From contig DATKDI010000049.1 of the NCBI GenBank assembly GCA_035512775.1, positions 17,137 to 81,136 on the forward strand: a stretch of 64,000 bases of DNA. Reading direction: 5' to 3'. Origin of the DNA: Actinomycetota bacterium (GTDB taxonomy: Bacteria > Actinomycetota > UBA4738 > HRBIN12). The first letter of the stretch is position 1, and each line of letters begins with the position of its first letter. Positions 53,820 to 62,814 of the stretch are shown here, in pieces. A program made the position numbers and the translations under genes. The notes below the pieces were generated by a model. The model did no database searches. It saw only the letters and a program-made list of their open reading frames with translations, and was not told the origin of the DNA.

Positions 53820-54590
53820 GTGGGGCGGCTCGAGGAGGCGCTGCGCGCCCGCCGCGACGCCGGCGGGCGCGCGTTCGTGCCGTACGTGACGGGAGGGTAT
53901 CCGGGTGTGGACACCGGTCTGCTCCGACGGCTCGAAGCCGCCGGCGCAGACGCCATCGAGGTCGGCATCCCGTTCTCCGACCCGGTGATGGACGGTGGCG
54001 TGATCCAGGAGGCCTCCGCCGAGGCGCTTCGCTTGGGCACCCGGCCATTCGACGTCCTCGCGATGATCCGGGAGGCAGCGATCCACGTCCCGGTCGCCGT
54101 CATGACGTACGTGAACCCGGTCTACCGGCACGGCATCGGCTCGTTCCTGGACGAGGTCGTGGCGTCGGGCGTCGCCGGCCTGATCGTCCCCGACCTACCC
54201 GTGGACGAGTCGGGCGACCTCGAGGAGGCAGCGGTGGCCCGCGGACTGGACGCGGTGCTTCTTGCCGCGCCCGGGAGCACGACTGGACGCCTGGCCGAGA
54301 TCGGCCGCCGTTCACGCGGGTTCGTGTACTGCGTCGCCACCTACGGCGTGACCGGCACCCGCGACCACCTGGACACGGCGGCGAGAGCCCTCGTGGACGC
54401 CCTCCGGCCCCACACGGACCTTCCCCTCCTGTTGGGGGTGGGGATCGGCGCGCCCGAGCAGGCAGCGGAAGCATGTACCTTCGCAGACGGGGTGGTGGTC
54501 GGAAGCGCCTTGATGGCGCGCGTCCTCGGAGGGGACCTCGACGGTGCCGTCGGCCTCGCGAGGGACTTCCGGACCTCGATCTCCGCCTGA
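53820..54590 (+). CDS. trpA: tryptophan synthase alpha subunit
   Basis: FVPYVTGGYPG...IEVGIPFSDPVMDG...GFVYCVATYGVTG. GTG immediately after the trpB stop. Confidence 0.85.
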   Translation: MGRLEEALRARRDAGGRAFVPYVTGGYPGVDTGLLRRLEAAGADAIEVGIPFSDPVMDGGVIQEASAEALRLGTRPFDVLAMIREAAIHVPVAVMTYVNPVYRHGIGSFLDEVVASGVAGLIVPDLPVDESGDLEEAAVARGLDAVLLAAPGSTTGRLAEIGRRSRGFVYCVATYGVTGTRDHLDTAARALVDALRPHTDLPLLLGVGIGAPEQAAEACTFADGVVVGSALMARVLGGDLDGAVGLARDFRTSISA

Positions 54591-54730
54591 CGCATCGCGT
54601 CCAGCGCCATCTCTCGCCCCCGCCCGTCACGTATGACCAGGGGAAATGCCCTCGAGTGGATTGGCCAATCGGGGGGGGATGTGATAGTCACACACCATCT
54701 CGGGGGACCGGGATAGAGAAGGGGGGCTCC

Positions 54731-56047
54731 ATGAAGCACCGTTCATGGTTCAAAGCGTTCGCCCTGGTTGCCGTGCTATCCATCGTGGCGTCGGCGTGTG
54801 CCGGCGACGACGATCCGGGCGACGGCGCCAACGGCGGCGACGTGGATTGTGCCACCGTCGAGTTCGGGTGCGTCGAGGTAGGCGCGGACGAGCCGATCAA
54901 CCTCGGGGCCGCCCAGGTGATCAGCGGCGCGGATGCGTCGCTCGGTCAGGACCAGGTGAACGCGATCGAGCTCGCGCTCGACTACCTGGACGGCAGCTTC
55001 GATCAGACCGACGGCACGCTGCTGGATCACCCGGTGAACCTCACCGTGGAGGACGAGCTGTGCTCCGCGGAAGGCGGGCAGACGGCCGGCACGGCGCTCG
55101 CGGCCGACGCGTCCATCGTGGCCGTCATCGGCACGAGCTGCTCGAGCTCGGCGCTCGGCGTGGCGGACACGATCCTCGGCGACAAGGGCATCACGCTCTT
55201 CTCCGGCTCGAACACCAGCCCGGCGCTGACGGATCCCGAGCTGCACAACCCGTTCTACGCGCGGACGGCCCACAACGACCGCATCCAGGGCGCGATCGGG
55301 GCCGAGTTCGCTCTCGGCGACGATCTCGGAGCCACGACGGCGGCCACGATCGCCGACGAGAGCCCTTACACCCAGGGACTGGTCGGTGCCTTCGAGGCGA
55401 ACTTCGAAGCCGGCGGCGGCACACTGACTGGATCGGAGCAGGTCAACTCCGAGGACACCGACTTCAAGCCGGTCCTCACGTCGTTGGCCGAACAGGATCC
55501 GGACGTCCTGTACTTCCCGATCTTCGTGGCAGCCTGCACGCTGATCATGAGGCAGGCGGCCGACATCATGCCCGACACCACCCTGATCGTGGCTGACGGA
55601 TGCCTGTCGAGCGACACCCTGAAGAACGCGGGGGCGGCCTCGGATGGTGTCTTTGCGTCCGCACCGGACCTGTCGGCGTTCCAGACGAACGAGTTCTACT
55701 CGGGCGAGTTCATCCCCGCGTATCAGGAGGCGTTCGCGACCGAACCGCTCGCGGTGTTCCACGCGCACTCCTACGACGCCACGAACGTCGTGTTCGCCGC
55801 GATCGAGGAGGTCGCGATCGACAACGGCGACGGATCCCTTTCGATCCCTCGCCAGGCACTCCGTGACGCGATCTTCGCCACGGAAGGCTACGAGGGCGTG
55901 ACGGGCACGATCACGTGCCTCGACACGGGTGACTGTGCGACCGACGTCACGATCGGACTGTTCCTCGCTCCGGGCTGGCCGGTCGCGGGAGGCACGGACG
56001 ATCCCGCGGTGTACACCGACACCAAGTCACTGGACGAAGTGCTGTAG
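54731..56047 (+). CDS. branched-chain amino acid ABC transporter substrate-binding lipoprotein (LivJ/K-like, type-I PBP)
   Basis: Signal peptide with a lipobox-like LSIVASAC. Leu/Ile/Val-binding-protein-family periplasmic domain. It lies upstream of the livHMGF-type genes. ORF-track start 53756 is an in-frame run-on. Confidence 0.7.
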   Translation: MKHRSWFKAFALVAVLSIVASACAGDDDPGDGANGGDVDCATVEFGCVEVGADEPINLGAAQVISGADASLGQDQVNAIELALDYLDGSFDQTDGTLLDHPVNLTVEDELCSAEGGQTAGTALAADASIVAVIGTSCSSSALGVADTILGDKGITLFSGSNTSPALTDPELHNPFYARTAHNDRIQGAIGAEFALGDDLGATTAATIADESPYTQGLVGAFEANFEAGGGTLTGSEQVNSEDTDFKPVLTSLAEQDPDVLYFPIFVAACTLIMRQAADIMPDTTLIVADGCLSSDTLKNAGAASDGVFASAPDLSAFQTNEFYSGEFIPAYQEAFATEPLAVFHAHSYDATNVVFAAIEEVAIDNGDGSLSIPRQALRDAIFATEGYEGVTGTITCLDTGDCATDVTIGLFLAPGWPVAGGTDDPAVYTDTKSLDEVL

Positions 56048-56067
56048 GGAACGGGAAGAACGGCGGA

Positions 56068-56107
56068 GGGGCCGCGGGCGGAGCCGAGAGGCTCAGCCCG
56101 CGGCCCC
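56068..56107 (+). terminator. strong GC hairpin (12-bp stem) between the SBP gene and permease genes; candidate attenuator or partial terminator
   Basis: GGGGCCGCGGGC-16 nt-GCCCGCGGCCCC read directly, followed by TTCCCTA (a poor T-tract). Confidence 0.4.
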
Positions 56108-56239
56108 TTCCCTAGTCGGGAGGGAACCCTGGCGGGCACCGAGGCGCCGCACGTCGCGGTCGCTCAGCTCGGCCGCTTCGAGCGGCTGCCGTGGCGGCGC
56201 ATCATCCTCATCATCCTGGGGATCGTCGTCGTCGGCGTC

Positions 56240-57232
56240 GTGGTGACCGGCACGTGGCGCACGCTCGCGCTTGACAGAACCGAGGGCGGCTACTCGGTCG
56301 GCGCGTGGCGCGACTTCATCGTCCAGGGTGCCGCGCAGGGCGCGATCTTCGCGATGATCGCGCTCGGCTACAGTCTCGTGTACGGGATCCTCCGGATGAT
56401 CAACTTCGCCCACGGCGAGGTGTTCATGGCCGGGGCATTCGGATCGTTCTTCTTCGCCGACGCGTACGCGAAGAGCGGCCTGTTGAACCGGAACCCGGTC
56501 ATCGCCCTCGCGATCGTCACGGCGGTCGCGATCGGCGTCTCGGTGGGCACGGGCGTCCTGCTCGAGCGGCTCGCGTACCGGCCACTCCGGAACGCGCCGA
56601 GGCTCGTGCCTCTCATCACGGCGATCGGGGCCTCGCTGTTCTTGCAGAACGCGTTCCGAGGATTCTTCGGCCCCCAGCCCTACGGGTATCCGAAGCCCGA
56701 GGTGCTTGCGGGGAGCATCACGGTCCTGGGGGTCCCGGTCCAGAAGGTCCAGTTGCTGGTGCTCGTCGTGGCGGTGATCTGCATGGCCGTGCTCCAGTGG
56801 TTCGTCTCCACGACCACGACGGGACGCTCCATGCGTGCGGTCGCCCAGGACCGGGAGATCGCCAGCCTGATGGGCATCAACGTCGACCGAGTGATCGTCA
56901 TCACGTTCGCGATCGGCGGGGTGCTCGCCGGCATCGCCGCAGTGTTGTTCTCCCTGACCTTCGAGCAGGTGCAGTTCACGATGGGGTTCCGCCCGGGGAT
57001 CGCGGCGTTCACCGCCGCGGTGCTGGGCGGGATCGGGAGCATCGGCGGTGCGGCGCTGGGAGGGTTCGTAATCGGGCTGCTGCAGGCGGTCGGGCCACCG
57101 CTGCTCCTCACCGGGTTCGGCATCCCCAGCGTCTTCTCGTTGCGGGACGCGTTCGTCTTCCTCGTCCTCGTGCTCGTCCTCGTCTTCCGGCCCGGAGGGC
57201 TGCTCGGCACCGGGGAGGCGGAGAAGGTGTGA
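56240..57232 (+). CDS. livH: branched-chain amino acid ABC transporter permease (LivH-like)
   Basis: A polytopic permease with LivH-type blocks ...YGILRMINFAHGEVFMAGAFGSFF..., GINVDRVI. The start is uncertain (several in-frame GTGs after 56240). Confidence 0.75.
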   Translation: MVTGTWRTLALDRTEGGYSVGAWRDFIVQGAAQGAIFAMIALGYSLVYGILRMINFAHGEVFMAGAFGSFFFADAYAKSGLLNRNPVIALAIVTAVAIGVSVGTGVLLERLAYRPLRNAPRLVPLITAIGASLFLQNAFRGFFGPQPYGYPKPEVLAGSITVLGVPVQKVQLLVLVVAVICMAVLQWFVSTTTTGRSMRAVAQDREIASLMGINVDRVIVITFAIGGVLAGIAAVLFSLTFEQVQFTMGFRPGIAAFTAAVLGGIGSIGGAALGGFVIGLLQAVGPPLLLTGFGIPSVFSLRDAFVFLVLVLVLVFRPGGLLGTGEAEKV

Positions 57233-59007
57233 TGGCGCGAAGGTGGATCCGCATCGGCGTGCCCGCGGGCATCGTCACGATCTTCCTCGCGCTCGTCGGC
57301 CTGATCGGCGGCTTCACCGACGTGTACCTGATCGGCGATCAGATCTCGTTCGCCGCGCTGATGATGATCCTCCCCCCGTTCGTCGCGGGTCTCGTCGCGG
57401 CCGCGCCGCGGGTCGAGGGAGGCGAGCGGCTCGAGAAGCGGATCCTCGAGGCGGCGGTCGCCGCCGCCATCGCCGGCGCGGCGGCCGGAGCCACGTTCGC
57501 TCTCGCCGTCGTGCTCGCGGACTGGATCGGCGATGAGCGGATCCGGGCGGTCTTCCTCAACGTGACTCCGCAGCTGATGGAGTTCGCTACCTTCGGCCTG
57601 GCCACGATGGTCGGCGCGCTGGCCGTCATCGCGGTGTCGGCCCTGGCGGGCCTGCTGGGCGGGGTCCTGCGAGTGGCTCCTGCCTCGATCCGTCGACCGG
57701 TCACAGTGGCGGTCATCGCCACCTTGCTGTTCGGCTTCCTCCAGCGCGTCATCCCGATCGCACTGGATCAGCTGAGCCTCGAGCGGGACTGGCTCTACAG
57801 CTCGCAGTTCCACGGGCTCACCTGGATCGGCGCGATCGTCGTCGCGGCGGTCGCCGCCGGGATCAGCTTCCTGAGCACCCGATTCGGCACAAGGCTCCGC
57901 GGAAGCGTCGCGAGGATCGGTGGATCCGGCGGGCCGGCGATCAGCCCGGTCCGACTCCTGGCCGGCGCGATCGCCCTCGGGCTGCTGCTCGTCGCCCCGG
58001 TGCTCCTTGGATCGGTGATCTCCGAGGTCCTGGGGACGGTGATGGTGTTCGCCCTGCTCGGCATCGGGCTCAACATCGTGGTGGGCTACGCGGGCCTGCT
58101 GGACCTCGGCTATGTCTTCTTCTTCGCACTCGGCGCGTACTCGCTCGCGCTGCTCACGGGCGCGACGCTCAACGCGTTCGGGATCCCACCGGAGCCCGCG
58201 ATCTCCGGGAGCCTCAACTTCTACGTCGCCATCCCGATCGTGATGGTGATCGCGGCCGCGTCGGGGCTGTTGGTCGGTGCCCCCGTGCTCCGCCTGCGGG
58301 GGGACTACCTCGCGCTCGTGACGCTCGGGCTCGGCGAGATGGTGACCGTGCTCGTCGGAAGCCCGTGGCTCGTGCCGCTGGTCGGCGGGCCGAGCGGGAT
58401 GCGCGGCATCACGGATGCGGCGATCGGCGGCTTCGGCTTCCGCGATCCACAACGCTTCTATTACCTCGCGCTCGCATTCGTCGGCCTGGCCGCCTTCACG
58501 TCGTGGCGGCTCGCCGCCTCGCGGATCGGTCGAGCCTGGACCGCGATGCGGGAGGACGAGCAGACCGCCGACGCGATGGGGATCAGCACGACGCGCTTCA
58601 AGCTGCTCGCCTTCGCGATCGGTGGCGCGATCGGCTCGCTCGGCGGAGCCCTCTTCGCGGTGAAGATCGGATCCCTGACCCCGGCGAGCTTCCAGGTCAT
58701 CGTCTCGATCCAGGTGCTCGGACTGGTCATCCTCGGCGGCATGGGGAGCATCCCCGGGGTGATCGTGGGGGCGCTCGTGCTGGTGGGACTGCCGGGACTG
58801 CTGCGTGAGTTCGAGGAGTACCGCTTCCTCGCCTACGGGGCGGCCGTCGTCGCGATCATGGTGCTGCGCCCGCAGGGACTGATACCCAACGTTCGCCGGA
58901 GCCGGGAGCTGCAGGACGAGGAGCAGGCCCAGGACGAATGGGCGAAAGCCGTCGAAGAGGGCGAGACCCCGCCCGATATCGCCAGCGCGACGGGAGCGAC
59001 CACGTGA
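57232..59007 (+). CDS. livM: branched-chain amino acid ABC transporter permease (LivM-like) with ~250-aa N-terminal membrane extension
   Basis: C-terminal LivM core ...GLLDLGYVFFFALGAYSLALL...YLALVTLGLGEMV...KLLAFAIGGAIGSLGGALFA. ATG at 57232 overlaps the livH stop (TGATG). ORF-track start 56305 is a run-on. Confidence 0.75.
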   Translation: MARRWIRIGVPAGIVTIFLALVGLIGGFTDVYLIGDQISFAALMMILPPFVAGLVAAAPRVEGGERLEKRILEAAVAAAIAGAAAGATFALAVVLADWIGDERIRAVFLNVTPQLMEFATFGLATMVGALAVIAVSALAGLLGGVLRVAPASIRRPVTVAVIATLLFGFLQRVIPIALDQLSLERDWLYSSQFHGLTWIGAIVVAAVAAGISFLSTRFGTRLRGSVARIGGSGGPAISPVRLLAGAIALGLLLVAPVLLGSVISEVLGTVMVFALLGIGLNIVVGYAGLLDLGYVFFFALGAYSLALLTGATLNAFGIPPEPAISGSLNFYVAIPIVMVIAAASGLLVGAPVLRLRGDYLALVTLGLGEMVTVLVGSPWLVPLVGGPSGMRGITDAAIGGFGFRDPQRFYYLALAFVGLAAFTSWRLAASRIGRAWTAMREDEQTADAMGISTTRFKLLAFAIGGAIGSLGGALFAVKIGSLTPASFQVIVSIQVLGLVILGGMGSIPGVIVGALVLVGLPGLLREFEEYRFLAYGAAVVAIMVLRPQGLIPNVRRSRELQDEEQAQDEWAKAVEEGETPPDIASATGATT

Positions 59008-59807
59008 GCGAGCCGGCCTGGAGCACCGATGCGGTCTTGGAGGTGCGCGGCCTCGAGAAGCACTTCGGAGGGCTCTATGCCCTCTCCGGCCTGGACATGG
59101 AGGTCCGACCGGGCGAGATCGTCTCGGTGATCGGTCCCAACGGCGCCGGGAAGAGCACCCTGTTCAACGTCATCACCGGGATCTACGAGCCGGACGCGGG
59201 CGACATCCGATACGGGAGCGTGAGCATCGTGGGCCTTCGGCCGCATCAGGTGGTGAAGCTCGGGATCGCGCGCACGTTCCAGAACGTCCGCCTGTTCGCG
59301 AACATGACGATCCTCGAGAACGCCATGGTGGGACAGCATTGCCGGAGCAAAGGTGGGGTGTTCGGATCGATCATCCGCACGCCCGGGATCCGCGCCGAGG
59401 AGGAGCGGATCAGGGAGCGAGCGAAAGAGGCGTTGGGCTTCTTCGGCAAGCGGTTGTCCGGCTACCGGCTGGAACAGCCCGCCTTCTCGCTCTCCTACGC
59501 GAACCGTCGCCGGCTCGAGATGGCCCGCGCCCTCGCGACCGACCCGAAGCTGCTCCTGCTCGACGAGCCGACGGCAGGCATGAACCCGCGGGAGACCTTG
59601 GAGCTCCGCGATCACATCGTCCGGATGCGCGACGAGCTCGGGCTGACGGTGATCGTGATCGAGCACGACATGCGGGTCGTCAAGGGCGTGTCCGACCGCG
59701 TGATCGCGTGCGACTATGGACAGAAGATCGCCGAAGGAACGTACGACGAGGTCGCCCACGACGAGCGCGTTGTCGAGGCGTACCTCGGGACGAAGGCGAC
59801 GACGTGA
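59004..59807 (+). CDS. livG: branched-chain amino acid ABC transporter ATP-binding protein (LivG-like)
   Basis: Walker A GPNGAGKST, signature LSYANRRRLEMARAL, Walker B LLLLDEPTAG. GTGA overlap with livM. Confidence 0.85.
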   Translation: MSEPAWSTDAVLEVRGLEKHFGGLYALSGLDMEVRPGEIVSVIGPNGAGKSTLFNVITGIYEPDAGDIRYGSVSIVGLRPHQVVKLGIARTFQNVRLFANMTILENAMVGQHCRSKGGVFGSIIRTPGIRAEEERIRERAKEALGFFGKRLSGYRLEQPAFSLSYANRRRLEMARALATDPKLLLLDEPTAGMNPRETLELRDHIVRMRDELGLTVIVIEHDMRVVKGVSDRVIACDYGQKIAEGTYDEVAHDERVVEAYLGTKATT

Positions 59808-60535
59808 CCGGAGACGGCCGCGCGCCCATCCTCGAGCTTCGGAACGTCAGCACGCACTACGGCCTCGTGGCGGTGCTTCGCGACGTCGACATGGAGATCT
59901 ACGCGGGTGAGATGGTCTGTCTCCTCGGCGGCAATGCGAGCGGGAAGACGACCACGCTGAAGACGATCCTCGGCTACGTCACGCCCTCGGAGGGCGAGGT
60001 GGTACTGGACGGTCAGGTCGTCTCCGGGCTCTCCACGACCGAGGTCGTGAAACGCGGCGTCTCGATGGTCCCGGAGAACCGTCGCCTCTTCGGGGACATG
60101 ACCGTCGACGAGAACCTCCAGCTCGGCGCGTACCTGCGGAAGGATCGGAACGTGGTCGAGCAGACGAGAGAGACCGTCTTCGAGACCTTCCCTCGGATCC
60201 GCGAGCGGCTCAAACAGAAGGCGGGCACCCTCTCGGGGGGAGAGCAGCAGATGGTCGCGATGGGTCGCGCGTTGATGGCCGACCCCAAGATCCTGCTGAT
60301 GGACGAGCCCTCGATGGGTCTGGCCCCGATCCTGGTGGAACAGGTCTTCGAGATCATCCGGAAGATCCGGGAGCTGGGGAAGACGATCTTCGTGGTCGAG
60401 CAGAACGCCAACATGGCGCTGTCGATCGCCGACCGGGGCTACGTGATCCAGACCGGCCAGGTCGTGCTCGCGGACACGGCGGCGAACCTCCTGGAGAACC
60501 CCTTGATGCGCGAGGCCTATCTGGGTGAGCTCTGA
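59804..60535 (+). CDS. livF: branched-chain amino acid ABC transporter ATP-binding protein (LivF-like)
   Basis: Walker A GGNASGKTT, signature LSGGEQQMVAMGRAL, Walker B ILLMDEPSMGLAP. GTGA overlap with livG. Confidence 0.85.
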   Translation: MTGDGRAPILELRNVSTHYGLVAVLRDVDMEIYAGEMVCLLGGNASGKTTTLKTILGYVTPSEGEVVLDGQVVSGLSTTEVVKRGVSMVPENRRLFGDMTVDENLQLGAYLRKDRNVVEQTRETVFETFPRIRERLKQKAGTLSGGEQQMVAMGRALMADPKILLMDEPSMGLAPILVEQVFEIIRKIRELGKTIFVVEQNANMALSIADRGYVIQTGQVVLADTAANLLENPLMREAYLGEL

Positions 60536-61454
60536 GCTCCGCGTGATCGACGCGGAGGAGCTCCGCGCCCGGCTGCCCATGGAGGCGGCGGTGGATGCGC
60601 TCGAGGAAGCGTTCCGGACACTCGACCCGGGGAGCGGGCCGCTCCGAACGCATGTCGAGACACCCGCCGGCACGCTCCTGCTGATGCCGGCGTTCGGCGA
60701 GGCGGGCGTCGGCGTGAAGCTCGTCTCACTCACCCCGGCCAACCCGGACCGGGGACTCCCGTTCATCCATGCGAGCTACGTGCTCTTCCACGCCGCCACG
60801 CAGGCTCCGGAGGCGGTGCTCGACGGCTCGGCGCTGACGGCTCTCCGGACGGCCGCCGTCTCCGGGCTCGCGACCCGGTTCCTCAGCCGAGAGGACGCGC
60901 ATCGCCTCGTCATCTTCGGGGCGGGCGTCCAGGCAAGGTCGCACCTCGAGGCGATGTGCGCCGTGCGCGACGTGACGGACCTCGTCGTCGTCTCCCGGTC
61001 GCCCGGAGCGGCCGAGGCCCTCGTGGAAGAGGGGCTCGGCCGCGGGTTGACGGCGCGGCGGGGTGAACCGGAAGCGGTCGGCGAGGCAGACCTCGTGTGC
61101 ACGTGCACGACCGCGGAGACACCGTTGTTCGAGGGGTCGTTGCTGCCGGCGGGGGTGCACGTGAACGCGGTGGGTTCCTACCAGCCCGAGACCCGCGAGC
61201 TGGATACCGAAGCCCTTCGCGGCGCGAGGGTGGTCGTCGAGACGCGAGAGGTCGCGCTCGCCGAGGCCGGCGACCTGCTCATCCCGATCGAGGAAGGGGT
61301 CATCCAGGCCGGTCACATCGTCGCCGACCTGTCCGAGATGGTTCGGGGTGCCGCGGTGCGACGCTCGCCGGGGGACGTGACGCTCTTCAAGAGCGTGGGG
61401 CTGGCGTTCGAGGATCTGGTCGTTGCGCGGGCGGTCGTGGACGCGGGGCGATGA
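60525..61454 (+). CDS. ornithine cyclodeaminase/mu-crystallin family protein
   Basis: A Rossmann VIFGAGVQARSHLEAM region and the overall OCD-family length. It overlaps the livF end by 11 nt. Confidence 0.6.
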   Translation: MSSELRVIDAEELRARLPMEAAVDALEEAFRTLDPGSGPLRTHVETPAGTLLLMPAFGEAGVGVKLVSLTPANPDRGLPFIHASYVLFHAATQAPEAVLDGSALTALRTAAVSGLATRFLSREDAHRLVIFGAGVQARSHLEAMCAVRDVTDLVVVSRSPGAAEALVEEGLGRGLTARRGEPEAVGEADLVCTCTTAETPLFEGSLLPAGVHVNAVGSYQPETRELDTEALRGARVVVETREVALAEAGDLLIPIEEGVIQAGHIVADLSEMVRGAAVRRSPGDVTLFKSVGLAFEDLVVARAVVDAGR

Positions 61455-61488
61455 CCGCCACCGGTCGAGCCGAACGCCCGGACCTCCG

Positions 61489-61574
61489 GGTGCCGGGAGA
61501 GGGGCTCGAACCCTCACGAGCCGAAGCTCACGGGTTTTTGAGACCCGCGCGTCTACCAGTTCCGCCATCCCGGC
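61489..61574 (-). tRNA. tRNA-Leu (anticodon CAA), type-II long variable arm; CCA not encoded
   Basis: The reverse complement folds by eye into a cloverleaf with anticodon loop CUCAAAA (CAA), a long variable arm and a GTTCGAGCC T-loop. Read as GCCGGGATGGCGGAACTGGTAGACGCGCGGGTCTCAAAAACCCGTGAGCTTCGGCTCGTGAGGGTTCGAGCCCCTCTCCCGGCACC. Confidence 0.85.
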
Positions 61575-61621
61575 CGAGCGGCTCTAGGGTAACGGCCCGG
61601 GGACCGCGAGCCGGCTGCGCC

Positions 61622-62719
61622 GTGCTGCTGCTCGTCATGGCCACCGCGTGCACGAACGACGTCTCGCCGCGGGAGGCGACCATCCACACGATCGCCTATC
61701 TCCTGGACGGCGCGGCTCCCGACGCGGAGCTCGTGACGTCACCGGCGCTCGCAGGTCTGGAGCTCGCGGTGCGCGGATCGGCGAACGTCCAGGTCGAGCT
61801 ACTGGACGTCGGCGTGGACCGCGATGAGGTGATGGCCTCCCTCCGGGAGCTGGGCGAGGACCGAGGCGTGATCGCGGCGGTCGTCGCCCCCTGGACCGCC
61901 CCGCCCGCGGGTGCGATCGAGCTGCTCGCGGCGGCAGGCGTGCCCGTCATCACGTTCTCCTGGGCCTGGGGGCCTCCGGAGGAGGGGATATGGCGTTCCT
62001 TCGTTCCCGAGCGGGCTCGGGAGGCGATCATCCTGCTGACGGGGGCTGCGGGGCTCGCGTCCGGAGACGCACTCTGCCTCGCGGGTGACGACCACGTCAC
62101 CAGCCGTGCACTGCTGGCCACGGCAGAAGAGCTCGGCGAGGCCGTCGGCGATCCGGAGGTCGTGATGGCCGGGATCGCCGCGACCGAGCGAGCGGGGGCC
62201 ACCGGCGCGGTCGCCGCCCGCATCCGCGGGGCTCGTTGCCCCGCTCTCGCCTGGGTCGGGGGTGCGACGGATGCGGCGCCCGTCCTGTCCTCGATCCCCG
62301 ATCCACCGTCGGTCGTCGCGACGTCGAGGATGAAGACCGACGAGGGGCTGGAGGTCGCGTCGTCGGGTGTCGACCTCCACACGACCTGCGCCTGCGTGGA
62401 CGTGTCCCTGTCGACCGAGCCGACGTCCCAGCGCTTCGTCCACGACCTCCAGGCGGAGAGCGGCGCACCGCCGGGACCGTTCTCGGTCGAGGCGTACGAC
62501 GCGGGACGGCTGTTGATCGGCCTGCTCCAAGGCGGCGAAGGAACGAGGGGAGCGCTCGCGGAGGCGCTGGGCGATCTCGGTCGGTTCGGGGGACTCGGAG
62601 GCACGTACGCCTTCGGCCCCGATGGATCGCGGGTCACGGCCCCGTCGGCGGTCGGGGTCTGGCGAGCCTCCGGTTCTCGGTGGCTCCCCGAGACGGCGCC
62701 GGACGGCGCTCCGGAGTGA
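61622..62719 (+). CDS. putative lipoprotein, periplasmic binding-protein-like
   Basis: Signal peptide VLLLVMATAC (lipobox-like). Alternating beta-alpha pattern. No confident family. ORF-track start 61097 runs antisense through the tRNA and is rejected. Confidence 0.4.
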   Translation: MLLLVMATACTNDVSPREATIHTIAYLLDGAAPDAELVTSPALAGLELAVRGSANVQVELLDVGVDRDEVMASLRELGEDRGVIAAVVAPWTAPPAGAIELLAAAGVPVITFSWAWGPPEEGIWRSFVPERAREAIILLTGAAGLASGDALCLAGDDHVTSRALLATAEELGEAVGDPEVVMAGIAATERAGATGAVAARIRGARCPALAWVGGATDAAPVLSSIPDPPSVVATSRMKTDEGLEVASSGVDLHTTCACVDVSLSTEPTSQRFVHDLQAESGAPPGPFSVEAYDAGRLLIGLLQGGEGTRGALAEALGDLGRFGGLGGTYAFGPDGSRVTAPSAVGVWRASGSRWLPETAPDGAPE

Positions 62720-62747
62720 TTGCATTGCCCTCTGGAGCAGTCCTGCC

Positions 62748-62753
62748 TATAGT
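62748..62753 (+). promoter_or_regulatory. candidate -10 element TATAGT upstream of the amino-acid SBP gene
   Basis: Read directly. A TTGCAT lies 22 nt upstream (non-ideal spacing). RBS GAGGGGGAAAC sits before the ATG at 62815. Confidence 0.25.
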
Positions 62754-62814
62754 CGCGGCCGAGGGTGGTGCGCTCGATCAGGCTCCGCTCGTCCATTCGA
62801 CCTGAGGGGGAAAC

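Noticed and set aside
51828-54131. 767-aa minus-strand ORF
   Set aside because: It is antisense to trpC-trpB-trpA.
54687-54699. TGTGA-tag-TCACA as a CRP/GlxR site
   Set aside because: The arm spacing (3 nt) is far from the TGTGA-N6-TCACA consensus. It is kept only as a minor note within the liv finding.
56680-58452. 590-aa minus-strand ORF
   Set aside because: It is antisense to the livH/livM permease genes.
61097-61621. 5' part of ORF 61097..62719
   Set aside because: It runs through the end of the ocd-family gene and antisense across the tRNA-Leu gene. The real gene most likely starts at 61622 with a lipoprotein signal peptide.
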